NCBI GenBank assembly: GCA_003971905.1
Contig: RSEE01000061.1
Coordinates: 248,001 to 312,000, forward strand
Direction: 5' to 3'
Length of the DNA stretch: 64,000 bases
Source: Moniliella sp. 'wahieum'
Taxonomy: Eukaryota
The notes beneath the pieces are model-generated. The model worked only from the letters and a program-made list of their open reading frames with translations, was not told the DNA's origin and did no database searches. Shown one piece after another: positions 36,153 to 55,853 of the stretch; within the stretch, counting starts at the first letter, position 1, and every line of letters begins with the position of its first letter. The position numbers were made by a program, and so were the translations under genes.

Positions 36153-36962
36153 GTTTGCACTCAACACGGCCAAAGCATCATCAACTGGCCTTTCTCCCTT
36201 CTTTGTCTTGTATGGGTTCCATCCCCTCACGCAAGGCGATCCAGTTCTTCCTACGCTTGGCGGTACCCAAGAAGGGCATGAGAGGTATCGCTGGAAGTGG
36301 CGATTCAAGAAGCCAAGCAAGCGTTGGAACAAGCGAGGACACGAGCAAAGCATTATGCCGATCGTCTTCGTCGAGCAGCCCCGGATCTTCAACCGGGCGA
36401 CTGCGGGGTGTTGGTTGATCAAGAGCGAATCCTTCGACTCGGCCAAGTGGGTCATTGGAGCGGCGCTACCTTGGTCCATTCAAGATTTTGGAAAAGGTGC
36501 ATGAGGGAGCGTTTTTGCTTCAGCTGCGGACCATATCAAGATACACCCCGTTCTCAACGTGTCGGCTCTGAGCCGTACCGGTTTGATGCAGTGCAGCCAG
36601 GTATTTACCTCTACCTCCTCCTCCAGAAATTCAACGGGATGAGGAACATTGGCTGGTGCATCGCATTCTCGACTCGCGTCTGTACCGACGGCAGTTCCAA
36701 TACTTGGTCTCACTCGTTGGTTTTCCTGACACGGAAAACGATTGGGTCAAGGCTGCCGATCTCAGCGACGACTCTCCTCAGGTGCGGACTTCCACAGTCA
36801 GCACCCAGAGAAATACTGCTCAGTGCAGCTCCGGCGTACTTTAACACGCTTGCTGCGCCAGTGAAGGTGATGGTTACCAGTAACTGATGGTGACCATCTC
36901 ATCCCCCTACCTTGGATGAGTTATCCTAGGCGTGCGGACAGCCTTGGTAGGGGGGAGCGTGA

Positions 36963-37729
36963 TGTTACGGGGCGCTCCGCGGTTATCTCCGGACAACGAG
37001 CCCCGCATGTCGTAGAACCCTCATCGACGCACACGCCATTCCCACGACACTTATTGTGAGTAAGAGCCAGCACGGACCACTTGTCGCGGATGTTTTCCGC
37101 GGAGCCAGGAGAGGACCGGACTTAACGGTACGAAGATTCGTATCCGCGGCGTCCGGCCTTGATAGAACTCCACATCGACTGCGGCCCACCGGATCGCAGT
37201 CTGGGCAGAACAGGCCGCCCTTTGCCTTTTACTACTGTAGATTCCCCTTCCTTCTGTTGATGCCTGTTCTGATGCTACGATATATAAGCACAGCCCGGTC
37301 TGAGGCTTGCTGGCGGTGATCCTCACCGCCCAACCTTCCCCACGTCAACCCCCGTCTATACTCCCCCCGTCTATACTCCCGACTTCCCTCTTCACTCTTC
37401 ACCTATACGCTTACGTATTTACGACTTACGTCGAGCACTCTGCAAGTCGCGGTTACTATCAGTAGCACTTGCTCTTCTTTAGGACTCTGTCTGTTCCCGC
37501 CAACTATAGCGTACCAAGTGTGGTAACGCTGCGAGGAACGGAGTAACTCCGGAGATCCTGGACCCCTTCAATTGGTCTTACGACTTGCGAACACGGCTCC
37601 TACCTCGGAGGGTCTGAGCTGCGGCCTTTGCACGCAGGCAGCCACCCAAACTAGAGGGTCTCCCCTTGCCTCTACACCGCTCGGTTCAACCAGAATCGAC
37701 GAAGCAGGCAGGACCTAACGTACGTAACT
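36963..37729 (+). repeat. 3' LTR of the gypsy element (~770 bp); no matching 5' LTR seen in the window
   Basis: Follows a polypurine tract (AGGGGGGAG, about 36949-36957); termini TGTTACG...CGTAAC(T); internal TATATAAG and a 16-bp tandem duplication near 37349-37380. Confidence 0.75.
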
Positions 37730-39240
37730 CTAATGCCAAGTCCAAGGGCTTTCTCCCCTAAATTCCGGGGTCGAGAGCTCCGTCTCGGGGCTCGCCCCAT
37801 GACATTTTGAAGTGCCAACAATAAGTGGAATGCGCAACACACAGCTGCTCTGCAAAGAGCAGTACTTCTATACCGGAGTTGCTATGGGGCTGATACCATC
37901 TTCTTTTCATAAGCTGTGGTGGTTGCTGATCAGTTGTGAAGAGTATGAGGCCCCAGACTGGGGCCAGAGGAGGCGTTGCCGCTTCAAAGGTATGCCACTT
38001 CGTCTTTTGGAGCAGGGAGTGCGGATACCATCGAGAGCACTCTGTAACATTTCAGAACGCGACGCGAGAGGGCACTGCCCTGTACATTCCGCTCGAGCAA
38101 GGCGGAAAGTAACACTGCCTCAGTGCCAGAGGAATGTGACAGTGTCGTGCTGCTTCCCCTCGCTTGGCATTCAGGCCGCGCTTGAATGCCCCTAGGAAAC
38201 GCGTGGGTATAAAAAGCCCGCCCCCCAGGTTCGCTTCCTTCCCCCTCCCACCACCATCCTTCCAGCAAGCAACCAGCCTTCCTCTGGATACGTGCCCTCC
38301 CTATCCCCACCTGTGGTCTCGCACATCCCTCGAGCCCAGGACTGAGTACTAACACCCTCACCCTGTCTATCTGCCCTTCTGCCAGGTTGGGAGACGCGTC
38401 GCAGGTCAAGATCATCCTCAATGTCGCCGCGAGCATCTCCAAGCCCATGGCCAGCGTCGTCTCGGATCCAAACGCACTCCAATTGGGAATCAAGAGCTTC
38501 TACCTCGTCCAGGGCCACGCGTGTTACACAACAACCTCCCACAAGCATCGCCGACGCGTCGAACGTCTTCAAGAGCGTGACCAACACCTTGGCGACCATC
38601 CTTAACATCATGGCCGGTACCATCCCCATTCCACGCACCCCTGTTCTTCAGCTAACTTGTCTTCCCTCTCTGTGCACTTGCAGCTCCAAAGGCCATGCAC
38701 ACTGGTACGTTCTGGCATCCTGTTGCTGTTGTCCATCGTGTACTAACTCTCTTTCATCGCTTGTGCCCCAGAAGTCTTTCGACGTTTCCACATGGCGTGC
38801 CCAAGTTTCGCTTACTCGTTTTTCGTTCGGCTGGGGGCAACCACTAACTCTTGCAGCGCTCCCCCTCGCCCTTCCCGTCGTCGTCGAGCGCGTCAAGTTG
38901 CGCTGGATTTACCCGCGGTGTTCTGGCGCAAACGCGAGCGCCTGCTCGATTCAAAAATGCATTAATTGAACCCCTAATCTTGTTTGGATCCTTCATTGGC
39001 TGTGATTTGATAGTGTGTGATTTGGCTGTGATTTGATAGTGATGCTAGCAATCGGTGATCCACTGGTCGATGTTCCAATCATCGGGGATGATCGATGATC
39101 GATGAAGTGATCGATGATCAACGATGCGGTGATAGATAACCCATGTGTGACTTGTCCCGATCTTGGACCCTGGTCCCGATCACATCACAAAGCTGAGTAT
39201 CGTCACCCGTCATGCGGTGAGCGAATTTCCCAAGAGCGCC

Positions 39241-42200
39241 ACCGCCCACCGCCCACCGGTTCCCCCCACATCCGACGGGCGAGGACAAGAAAGAAAACGA
39301 CGGACGAAGAAACGACGGACGGGAAGCGAAGAAAGATATAGTCTGACGAGCAGACGAAAGAAGGCTGCTTCGGTGCCGGCCGCGGCTGCAGCTCCTTTAA
39401 CGGCCACAGCCGCGGCCCACACCCCGCCGCTTCTGCCTTTCACCTCGCCACCTCTCGCCCCCCCCCCCCCCCCCCCCCCCCCCCATGGCTGCCATGATGA
39501 TGCTCCGCAGGCGAGCCGCCGCCCAGGCCCACGCCCTTGCTGCCCCCACCTCGGCCCTTGCCCCGCTGCCGCCCGCCCCTGTCCTCGTCCGCGTCTCCCA
39601 TCCGCGCTTGCCCTCCCCCCCACCTCGGTTCGCCGCGCCTTCTCGACGCCCACGCCCAAAACCTACGCTGTGGCTGTTGCTGCCACCACCAAGCAGCACA
39701 TCAAGTGTGTGCTCCGGCGCTCTGCTCTGTTCTGTCTGCACTGGTACTGACCTGTGTTCCTGTGTGCGTTGCAGTGAGTACCCCCGTCCCACGCCCGCCC
39801 CTTCGTTTCAAGCCCCCGAGCCTGCGCCCGAACCATCACGAGAGGAGGAGGAGGAGATGGATCATTCCTTTGTGGGTATGACTGGCGGTCAGATTTTCCA
39901 CGAGATGATGCGGCGGCACAATGTCAAGCACGTGTTTGGCTACCTTGGTGGAGCTGTGCTGCCCGTCTTTAGTGCAATATACAAGTCCCCCTACTTTGAC
40001 TTTGTTTTGCCGCGTCGGGAAGACGGGGCGGGTCATATGGCAGAAGGGTACGCTCGTGGTCGGGCAAGCCGGGTGTGGTGCTGGTCACGTCGGGCCCGGG
40101 TGCGACAAATGTGGTGACGCCGATGCAGGATGCTCTGTCCGACGGGCTTCCGCTCGTTGTCTTTTGTGGGCAGGTGGCCACGAGTGCGATTGGGTCGGAT
40201 GCGTTCCAAGAAGCCGACATGGTCGGCATTTCGCGCCCGTGCACAAAGTGGAACGTGATGGTCAAGAGTGTTGAGGAGCTGCCGCGTCGGATTAACGAAG
40301 CGTTCAAGATTGCCACGTCGGGCCGACCGGGCCCGGTGCTGGTGGACTTGCCCAAAGACATTACTGCTAGTGTGCTCCAGCACCCGATTCCCTTTTCCAG
40401 CACCCGCCCCAACGAGGCGGTCATTCCCTCGCGTGCGACCGCCGGCCGACGTGCGATTCCGCCCCATTCAGCTTCGATCCCTGCCTTGAGCGTGCAGATG
40501 CAAGAGGCCGTTCGTCTGATCAACCAGGCCAAGCGGCCTGTCATTTATGCTGGCGCTGGCATTCTGTCCTCGCCCGAGGGCCCCAACTTGCTTGCTCAGC
40601 TTGCTGAGACGGCCAGCATCCCGGTCACCACCCTCCAGGGCTTGGGCTCGTTCCCAGAGACGAACGAACTGTCGCTGCACATGCTCGGCATGCACGGTTC
40701 TGCCTATGCCAACTTGGCGATGCAAGAGGCGGATGTGATCATTGCCCTCGGCGCACGGTTTGACGATCGTGTGACGGGACGGGTGGACGAGTTTGCCCCC
40801 GTGGCGCGCAAGGCCGCCGTCGAAGGTCGCGGCGGCATTATTCACTTTGAGATTATGCCCAAGAACATCAACAAGGTGGTCCAAGCGACGTGTGCGATTG
40901 AGGGCGACGTGGTCAAGAACCTGCGGGAGATGTTGGGGGAGATTAAGGCGGTTCCCAAGTCGGAGCGCGAGCAGTGGCTCGGTGCGGTTCAGTCGTGGAA
41001 AAAGCGGTATCCGTTCACCTATACTCCCTCCGACCCCACCAAGGGAGAAATGTTGAAGCCGCAAGAGGTCATCACCGCGCTGGATGCGGCGGTGGCCAAA
41101 GCTGGGCGTAAGGCCGACACGATTATTGCCACGGGCGTCGGACAGCACCAGATGTGGGCGTGCCAGTTTTACCGATGGACCAATCCGCACACGTGGGTCT
41201 CCTCTGGCGGTCTGGGTACCATGGGCTTTGGTGTGCCATCGGCGATTGGGGCCAAAGTGGCGTCGCCTGAAAAGACGGTGGTGGACATTGATGGCGATGC
41301 TCCTTTTCCATGACGGGCATGGAGCTGGCCACGGCGGCGGAATTTGGAATTGGGGTCAAGGTGCTGGTGTTGAACAATGAGTTCCAAGGCATGGCGTTGC
41401 AATGGCAAGACTTGTTTTACAATGCCGAGTACGCTCATTCCAAGATGACCAATCCCAACTTTGTCAAGTTGGCCGAGGCGATGGGCATCAAGGCGCTGCG
41501 GGTGGACAATGCGGCGGATCTGCCGGCCAAGATGGACGAGTTCCTCAACTACCCCAATGACAAGCCCATCTTTATGGAAGCACGGGTGACGCACACCGAA
41601 CACGTCTTCCCCATGGTTGCCGCAGGCAAGGCGCTGAACGAGTTTATCGTACACGAGTCGCTGCGCGAAAAGAGCTCGTGAGGCCCTACCGCCGCCTGCC
41701 CTCGCCTTTGATGTCCAGCGGAGGTTTCTCCTTTTGATCCGGGGCTACTGCTTGCCTCCGCTACATCGCACTGGCTTCAAAATGTGCATGTGTGCATGTC
41801 CTGGGCTGCATGCACCTATGTATACCGCATCTTCTCCCTCTCTTCTTGCTCGACCATGCCCATCTTCTACTCTTGGATCAAACATACTATGTCTTCCCTT
41901 CTCCTGCCGTTCGTCCTTCCCCGCCCTTTCTCACAGGATGGGCGCCGATGACGGCAGCATGTGCCCGGCTGGTGTGCGACTGGATGTGTGCCATTGCTAC
42001 TGTACAAAAATGCCATGAACATCGATATGATTGCACCGCAGCGAAAGCGGACGTAGGGCGTATACTTCTTGTGTAGACCTATCGACTATCGTTGCGCGCC
42101 GGAAATGGGCTGCGGAGCTTTACCGAGACGCTGACAACAGCTGTTGACGTTGCAGACATCCTCGGTCGTCCAACCTCGATAAGCCCGTTGTGGGGCGGCA

Positions 42201-42588
42201 GGAGTGCGGCAGGGCGCTGAGGCGGCGTTAGAAGGGCAGTCCATGTCATTCATGTGACCACTACACTAAAGTACGGAGGAGTATGGGTAGCTGTGACATG
42301 CGACTAGACTGGGGACCGGTGACTAGTAATTAATGATTGTCACGAGTGAGCTAGTGAGTACTCAGGTACTGAGTACAAGCGACAGCGTGAGGATCGATGG
42401 ATCGGTGACCTGTGCCGGACGCACTAGCGCACTGGCCCTCGTCTTGGCCGTCCCGGCACAGCGCCCCTCTTCCCTGGCTGCTGGACCAAGAGGGGCCCTG
42501 CGCCTGGTGCCACACACGCCCTGTGCTGGCAGTGGGGGTGCGATAGGCGCAGACGGGTGCAGTGGCATGGAGTCAACAGTCCCGGGAC
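39241..42588 (+). repeat. Direct segmental duplication, copy B (ILV2 plus flanks)
   Basis: Near-identical to 26385-29385. Confidence 0.97.
39485..41681 (+). CDS. ILV2: Acetolactate synthase catalytic subunit, copy B (more diverged, possibly degenerating); intron 39705-39774
   Basis: Same motifs as copy A but with YLGGAV, ISRPC, PVTTLQ (one codon deleted), GMALQW and other changes. Confidence 0.9.
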
Positions 42589-42823
42589 ACCAGGCAGGCG
42601 GCCAGCCACGGGCGGAAGATCGATACGCAATCTGAGATCTGAGATCGGCAAACGGGTGTTCAATCATTGATCAACGTTCAACGTTCAACGTAGGCACCAA
42701 TTTAGCTCCAGCCACGCCAAGGATCGACATGGGTTCTAGCCTGAATATAAGAAGCAGGTGTCCGAGGCCAGTTGTTATCAATCAGCCCCTCCTTTCCTCC
42801 ACCCCCCCACGTCGCCCTACGCC

Positions 42824-44990
<2,167 letters not shown>

Positions 44991-46200
44991 GGGGTTCTCT
45001 TTCTTACTACTATACGCCTTCTCAGCCCCCGTCCAGGGCTGCTCCCTTGCCTCTCGTCTCTCTCTTCTTTTAATCCCATGCATACCTTTCATCGTCTTTG
45101 CTTTCGCATCTCCCCGTCTACGCTATGTATGTGCTCTATCGTTTCCTGTCTATCCGTTCTTTGCCTCATTCTGTCTCTTACCTGTTATTCTTTAGCCTTT
45201 GTTATGGTGACTCATTAAACCCCTTTAGACAATTGATGGTTATAGCTTCAATCTGCAGAGCCATTTCGTCCCTATTAGACTCTTCTCACTCAAGACATGG
45301 ATAGGCCCCGACACGACTCGTTCCACTTTGCACTTGCAGCTTTTCGTTCAAGCCACGTTTCAACCCACACTGCTTTCCGTCGCTTTGTGCATCTTTTCAT
45401 ACGTTCCTTCTCATCCCCTTTTGCCGCTAGCCCGAGGAGCAACCCTTCTTGCTGTTCAAAGTATACCAGCAACTCTCGCTCCCCCCATATTACTGCACTC
45501 CTCCGCATTAGTATTTAGCGCTGTACAAGCATGGTCAGCATCACGGATCGACGGTCCCCCTTCCTTCTAGCCAACGAGTTCTCCACCTACTACACATTAT
45601 AAGAAACGCAACCTCGATTGGGGCGTTAACACAGTCGTATGAAGTAGGCGTGTGTCACGGGGCAACGTCTGAACCACCTTGCACAACACCTCCACTTCCT
45701 TATCGTCTCTATCGCTTCTCGGCTTCTTTCCCTTCACCCTTCTTCTAGGCTCTCCACTTCTAGAAGGAACACCTCTCGCTCAGCTCGCTCGCCCTCCCTC
45801 GCCCATCGGAAGAGGAGGACTAAGCAAACGGGGACCAAATATGTATGCGATTCCGTGGACTTGGCCTCCTTTCGCTTGGCTCCTTAGCCCCTCCTCATCG
45901 CCCTTGGTCTCTTCCTGAGGCACCCCCTTGCTCTTCTTCTCAATGACTAGAGCGTTTCCCCTTTCTGAACCTGTTAAGACCGTCTGGAACACTTGAGCAT
46001 CTGATTTGGGGGAAAGGTCACAGTACAGCTCATAAACCGTGGTCGGAATCACCTACTTTTCGCATTGGAAAAGCGGATCGCTGGCCTCACGGGCTGTGTT
46101 TCACCACCATACACGACGGCCGCCGCATTGTTGTACACCCACCAACGGTCCGAAGAGACATCGGGTTTGAGCGCAATATCGGGAGTGGGGAGAATGCGGG

Positions 46201-46673
46201 TCAGCAAAACGCCCCACGTACTTTAGACGTAAACATGGTACTGTAGTGGTTTGCGCATACTTGAAGGGTCTTGTCACCACACATCACAACACAGCTCTTG
46301 TTGGTTTGCCTATGCTGAAGCTGGCGTATGTCGCCTGTCCCACGCTCCTTCCACTGTTTCTTGCCCTCAGGGTCGAAACGAAAGAGTTTATAGTGCAGCT
46401 GATGCCTGCGAATGGAGGATGACAGGAAGGGGATCGGTTCGTCATTGTCAGGCCTGCGATCCCGCATGGACATCGCGACACTTACATCTTGAACACTACA
46501 TTCTCATCCTCCTCAAACATTTTGGTCTCCACCTGCTTTTCGAGCTGTAGCCGATGCCCGCTGCTACTGAGGACTCTGTGACCGGCTCGTATTACTGCGC
46601 GTCGTTCTCCTCTCTCGCCCGTATCGGTTCCAACAGAGGTGAGGGGATCATTCGTGGGATCTGGCGCAGACAT
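46201..46673 (-). pseudogene. YRB1: Degenerate, 3'-truncated Ran-binding protein 1 (RanBD) fragment
   Basis: EEDENVVFKM / KLFRFD...QWKERGTGD...DKTLQVCANHY with a retained GTAAGT...CAG intron. Conserved MRAKLF and VMRRDK are altered to MHQLHYKLF and VMCGDK, and the second half of the domain was not found. Confidence 0.8.
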
Positions 46674-46826
46674 GGCTACGGTAGCGAGGGGTAGTGGTGG
46701 CGCGGGCCACTTGGGGCGGCGGGCTGCTGGCCAGATGTCTGTCTAACCGAAGGTGGGTTCCCGCAGGTGCCCGCTTGGCTATCGAGGCGCTAATAAGGGG
46801 CTGGCGCACTGATGAGCCTACCTCGA

Positions 46827-46857
46827 TGATGAATGATCGATGACCGGTGACCGGTGA
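46827..46857. promoter_or_regulatory. 7-bp-periodic TGA-(4-bp palindrome) array between the divergent YRB1 fragment and PRP8 (representative of a dispersed family; function inferred)
   Basis: TGA TGAA TGA TCGA TGA CCGG TGA CCGG TGA, about 270 bp upstream of the PRP8 ATG. Confidence 0.5.
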
Positions 46858-47124
46858 CCCTGCATTTCATTTTCAGCGCAGTCTTGCGCCAGTGCCTCCA
46901 ATTCCGCCCGAAAGTTGGGATGCATTACCTAATTCCGCTTCTCCCTCCCGCCGCGTACAGCCCGCAGGCATCCAAACAAGCAGCAACGCCTGGCGGCGAC
47001 CAGCAAGAATCTGGCCACCGCCTCCTGCGTTCTGCCCACCGTCTGCGAGTGCGTCCGTGGTTGCGTCGGCGTCTGCGTCTGCATCTGTGCCTTCCCCCCT
47101 TCGGCGCTTCTCACAACTGGCACC

Positions 47125-54422
<7,298 letters not shown>

Positions 54423-54967
54423 GGGGACGTGCCTGACTGTTGGCATTGTCCACCCCGACCGGAATTGTCTACTATGATCTGAACTGGCACTGCCCGCGTG
54501 TGCCCCACTAATAGCAACAATTGAATTGGTTCGTCATGTGCTTTTAGGCTTGTCGATCGTACCCCGTAGAGGAGATGCGTCATGACGGATGGCCCTGAGG
54601 GCTCCGATCGCACTGATGGGCTTCAACCTCAACAGCTTAACCCATCAGGCAACGATCAGATGGCTTGCCAGGAGAACTACATAGGGAAGAGCAGGACTAA
54701 ACGTTTACACCTGGACACTTGAATTTAACTTGGAGGACAACTGTCGTGCCCGCTGGGCGGCCGCAGATCCATCATCTCCGCGAACACTCGCCAGGTGCGG
54801 GGGGGCGCAAGCTACCAGTCTCCGCTGTAGATGTACATGTCGCAATTGAAATTGCAAGCCGACCTTCTTTCTTCGCCTTCTCATCTCGTAAACTGGTTTT
54901 TTTTCCCCGGCCCGCTTCCTAGCCACCATCCCCACCGCTCCTTGATTCAACCCTTGCCTCCCTTATA

Positions 54968-55853
54968 ATGGCGCCGCACCTCGATGGTCCCCGTCGCGAG
55001 AGCGAACGCTCGCATTGCTGGCTCGGGTGTCAGCGGCATTGCCGAGCTCTTCGTCTTCCACCCTGTGGACACGATTGCCAAGCGTCTGATGAGCAACAAG
55101 GATGCGTCCAAGTCGCTTACCCAGGTCATTTTCAAGGAAAAGGCCACCGCACCCATCGGCACCAAGGCGCTCTCTCTCTTCCCTGGGCTCGGGTATGCGG
55201 CTGGGTACAAGGTTCTGCAGCGTGTGTACAAGTTTGGTGGTCAGCCTTTTATCAACGACTACCTCCGCACCCACTATGGCCAAGCCTTTACCAACACCTT
55301 TGGTGAGCGCAACGGCAAGTCGATGATGCAGGCCACGGCCGGATCTCTCACCGGTATCGGTGAGGTGGTTCTCCTCCCGCTCGACGTGCTTAAGATCAAG
55401 CGCCAGACCAACCCTGAGGCTTTCCGTTCGCGTGGCTTCTTGCGCATCGTTAAGGACGAAGGCTTTGCCCTGTACCGCGGATGGGGCTGGACCATGGCCC
55501 GCAACGCCCCGGCTCGTTCGCCCTCTTTGGTGGCTCTGCATTCACCAAGGAGTACCTCTTTGGTCTGAGCGACTACAGCTCGGCCACCTGGAGCCAAAAC
55601 TTTGCCGCTCGATTGGTGGTGCCGTGGCGTCCATTACTGTCTCTGCTCCATTGGACGTGGTCAAGACCCGCATCCAGAACGCCAACTTTGAGTCCAACGT
55701 TGGTGGCTTTACGATCATCAAGGACATGGTCAAGAACGAGGGAGTGGGCGCTTTCTTCAAGGGTCTCACCCCAAGATTCTCGTCGTTGGACCGAAGCTGG
55801 TCTTCAGCTTCACTCTTGCCCAGTCGCTCCCCCTCTTTGGCAAGCACATCTAA
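54968..55853 (+). CDS. GGC1: Mitochondrial GTP/GDP carrier
   Basis: FHPVDTIAKRLMSN, SLFPGLGYAAGYKVLQRVYKFGGQP, GIGEVVLLPLDVLKIKRQTNPE, LYRGWGWTMARNAP, PLDVVKTRIQN. Confidence 0.95.

Larger units (their letters stand above)
31860..36800 (+). mobile_element. Ty3/gypsy (chromovirus-type) pol: protease, RT, RNase H, integrase, chromodomain; decayed and interrupted by two solo LTRs
   Basis: LVDTGA (frameshifted), LPPRRPGYDHEIEL, PLPLIDE, LDLKSAYN, VMPFGL, YLDD, ETDASGYA, YYWPGM...CSSC, PWSSISMD, IVSDRG, TGLSPFFVLYG, ILDSRLYRRQFQYLV...G...NDW. Domain order PR-RT-RH-IN is gypsy-type. Confidence 0.95.

Noticed and set aside
23274..42588. Secondary-metabolite cluster with ILV2 as a self-resistance gene
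   Set aside because: No core biosynthetic enzyme, transporter or cluster regulator is present in the window.
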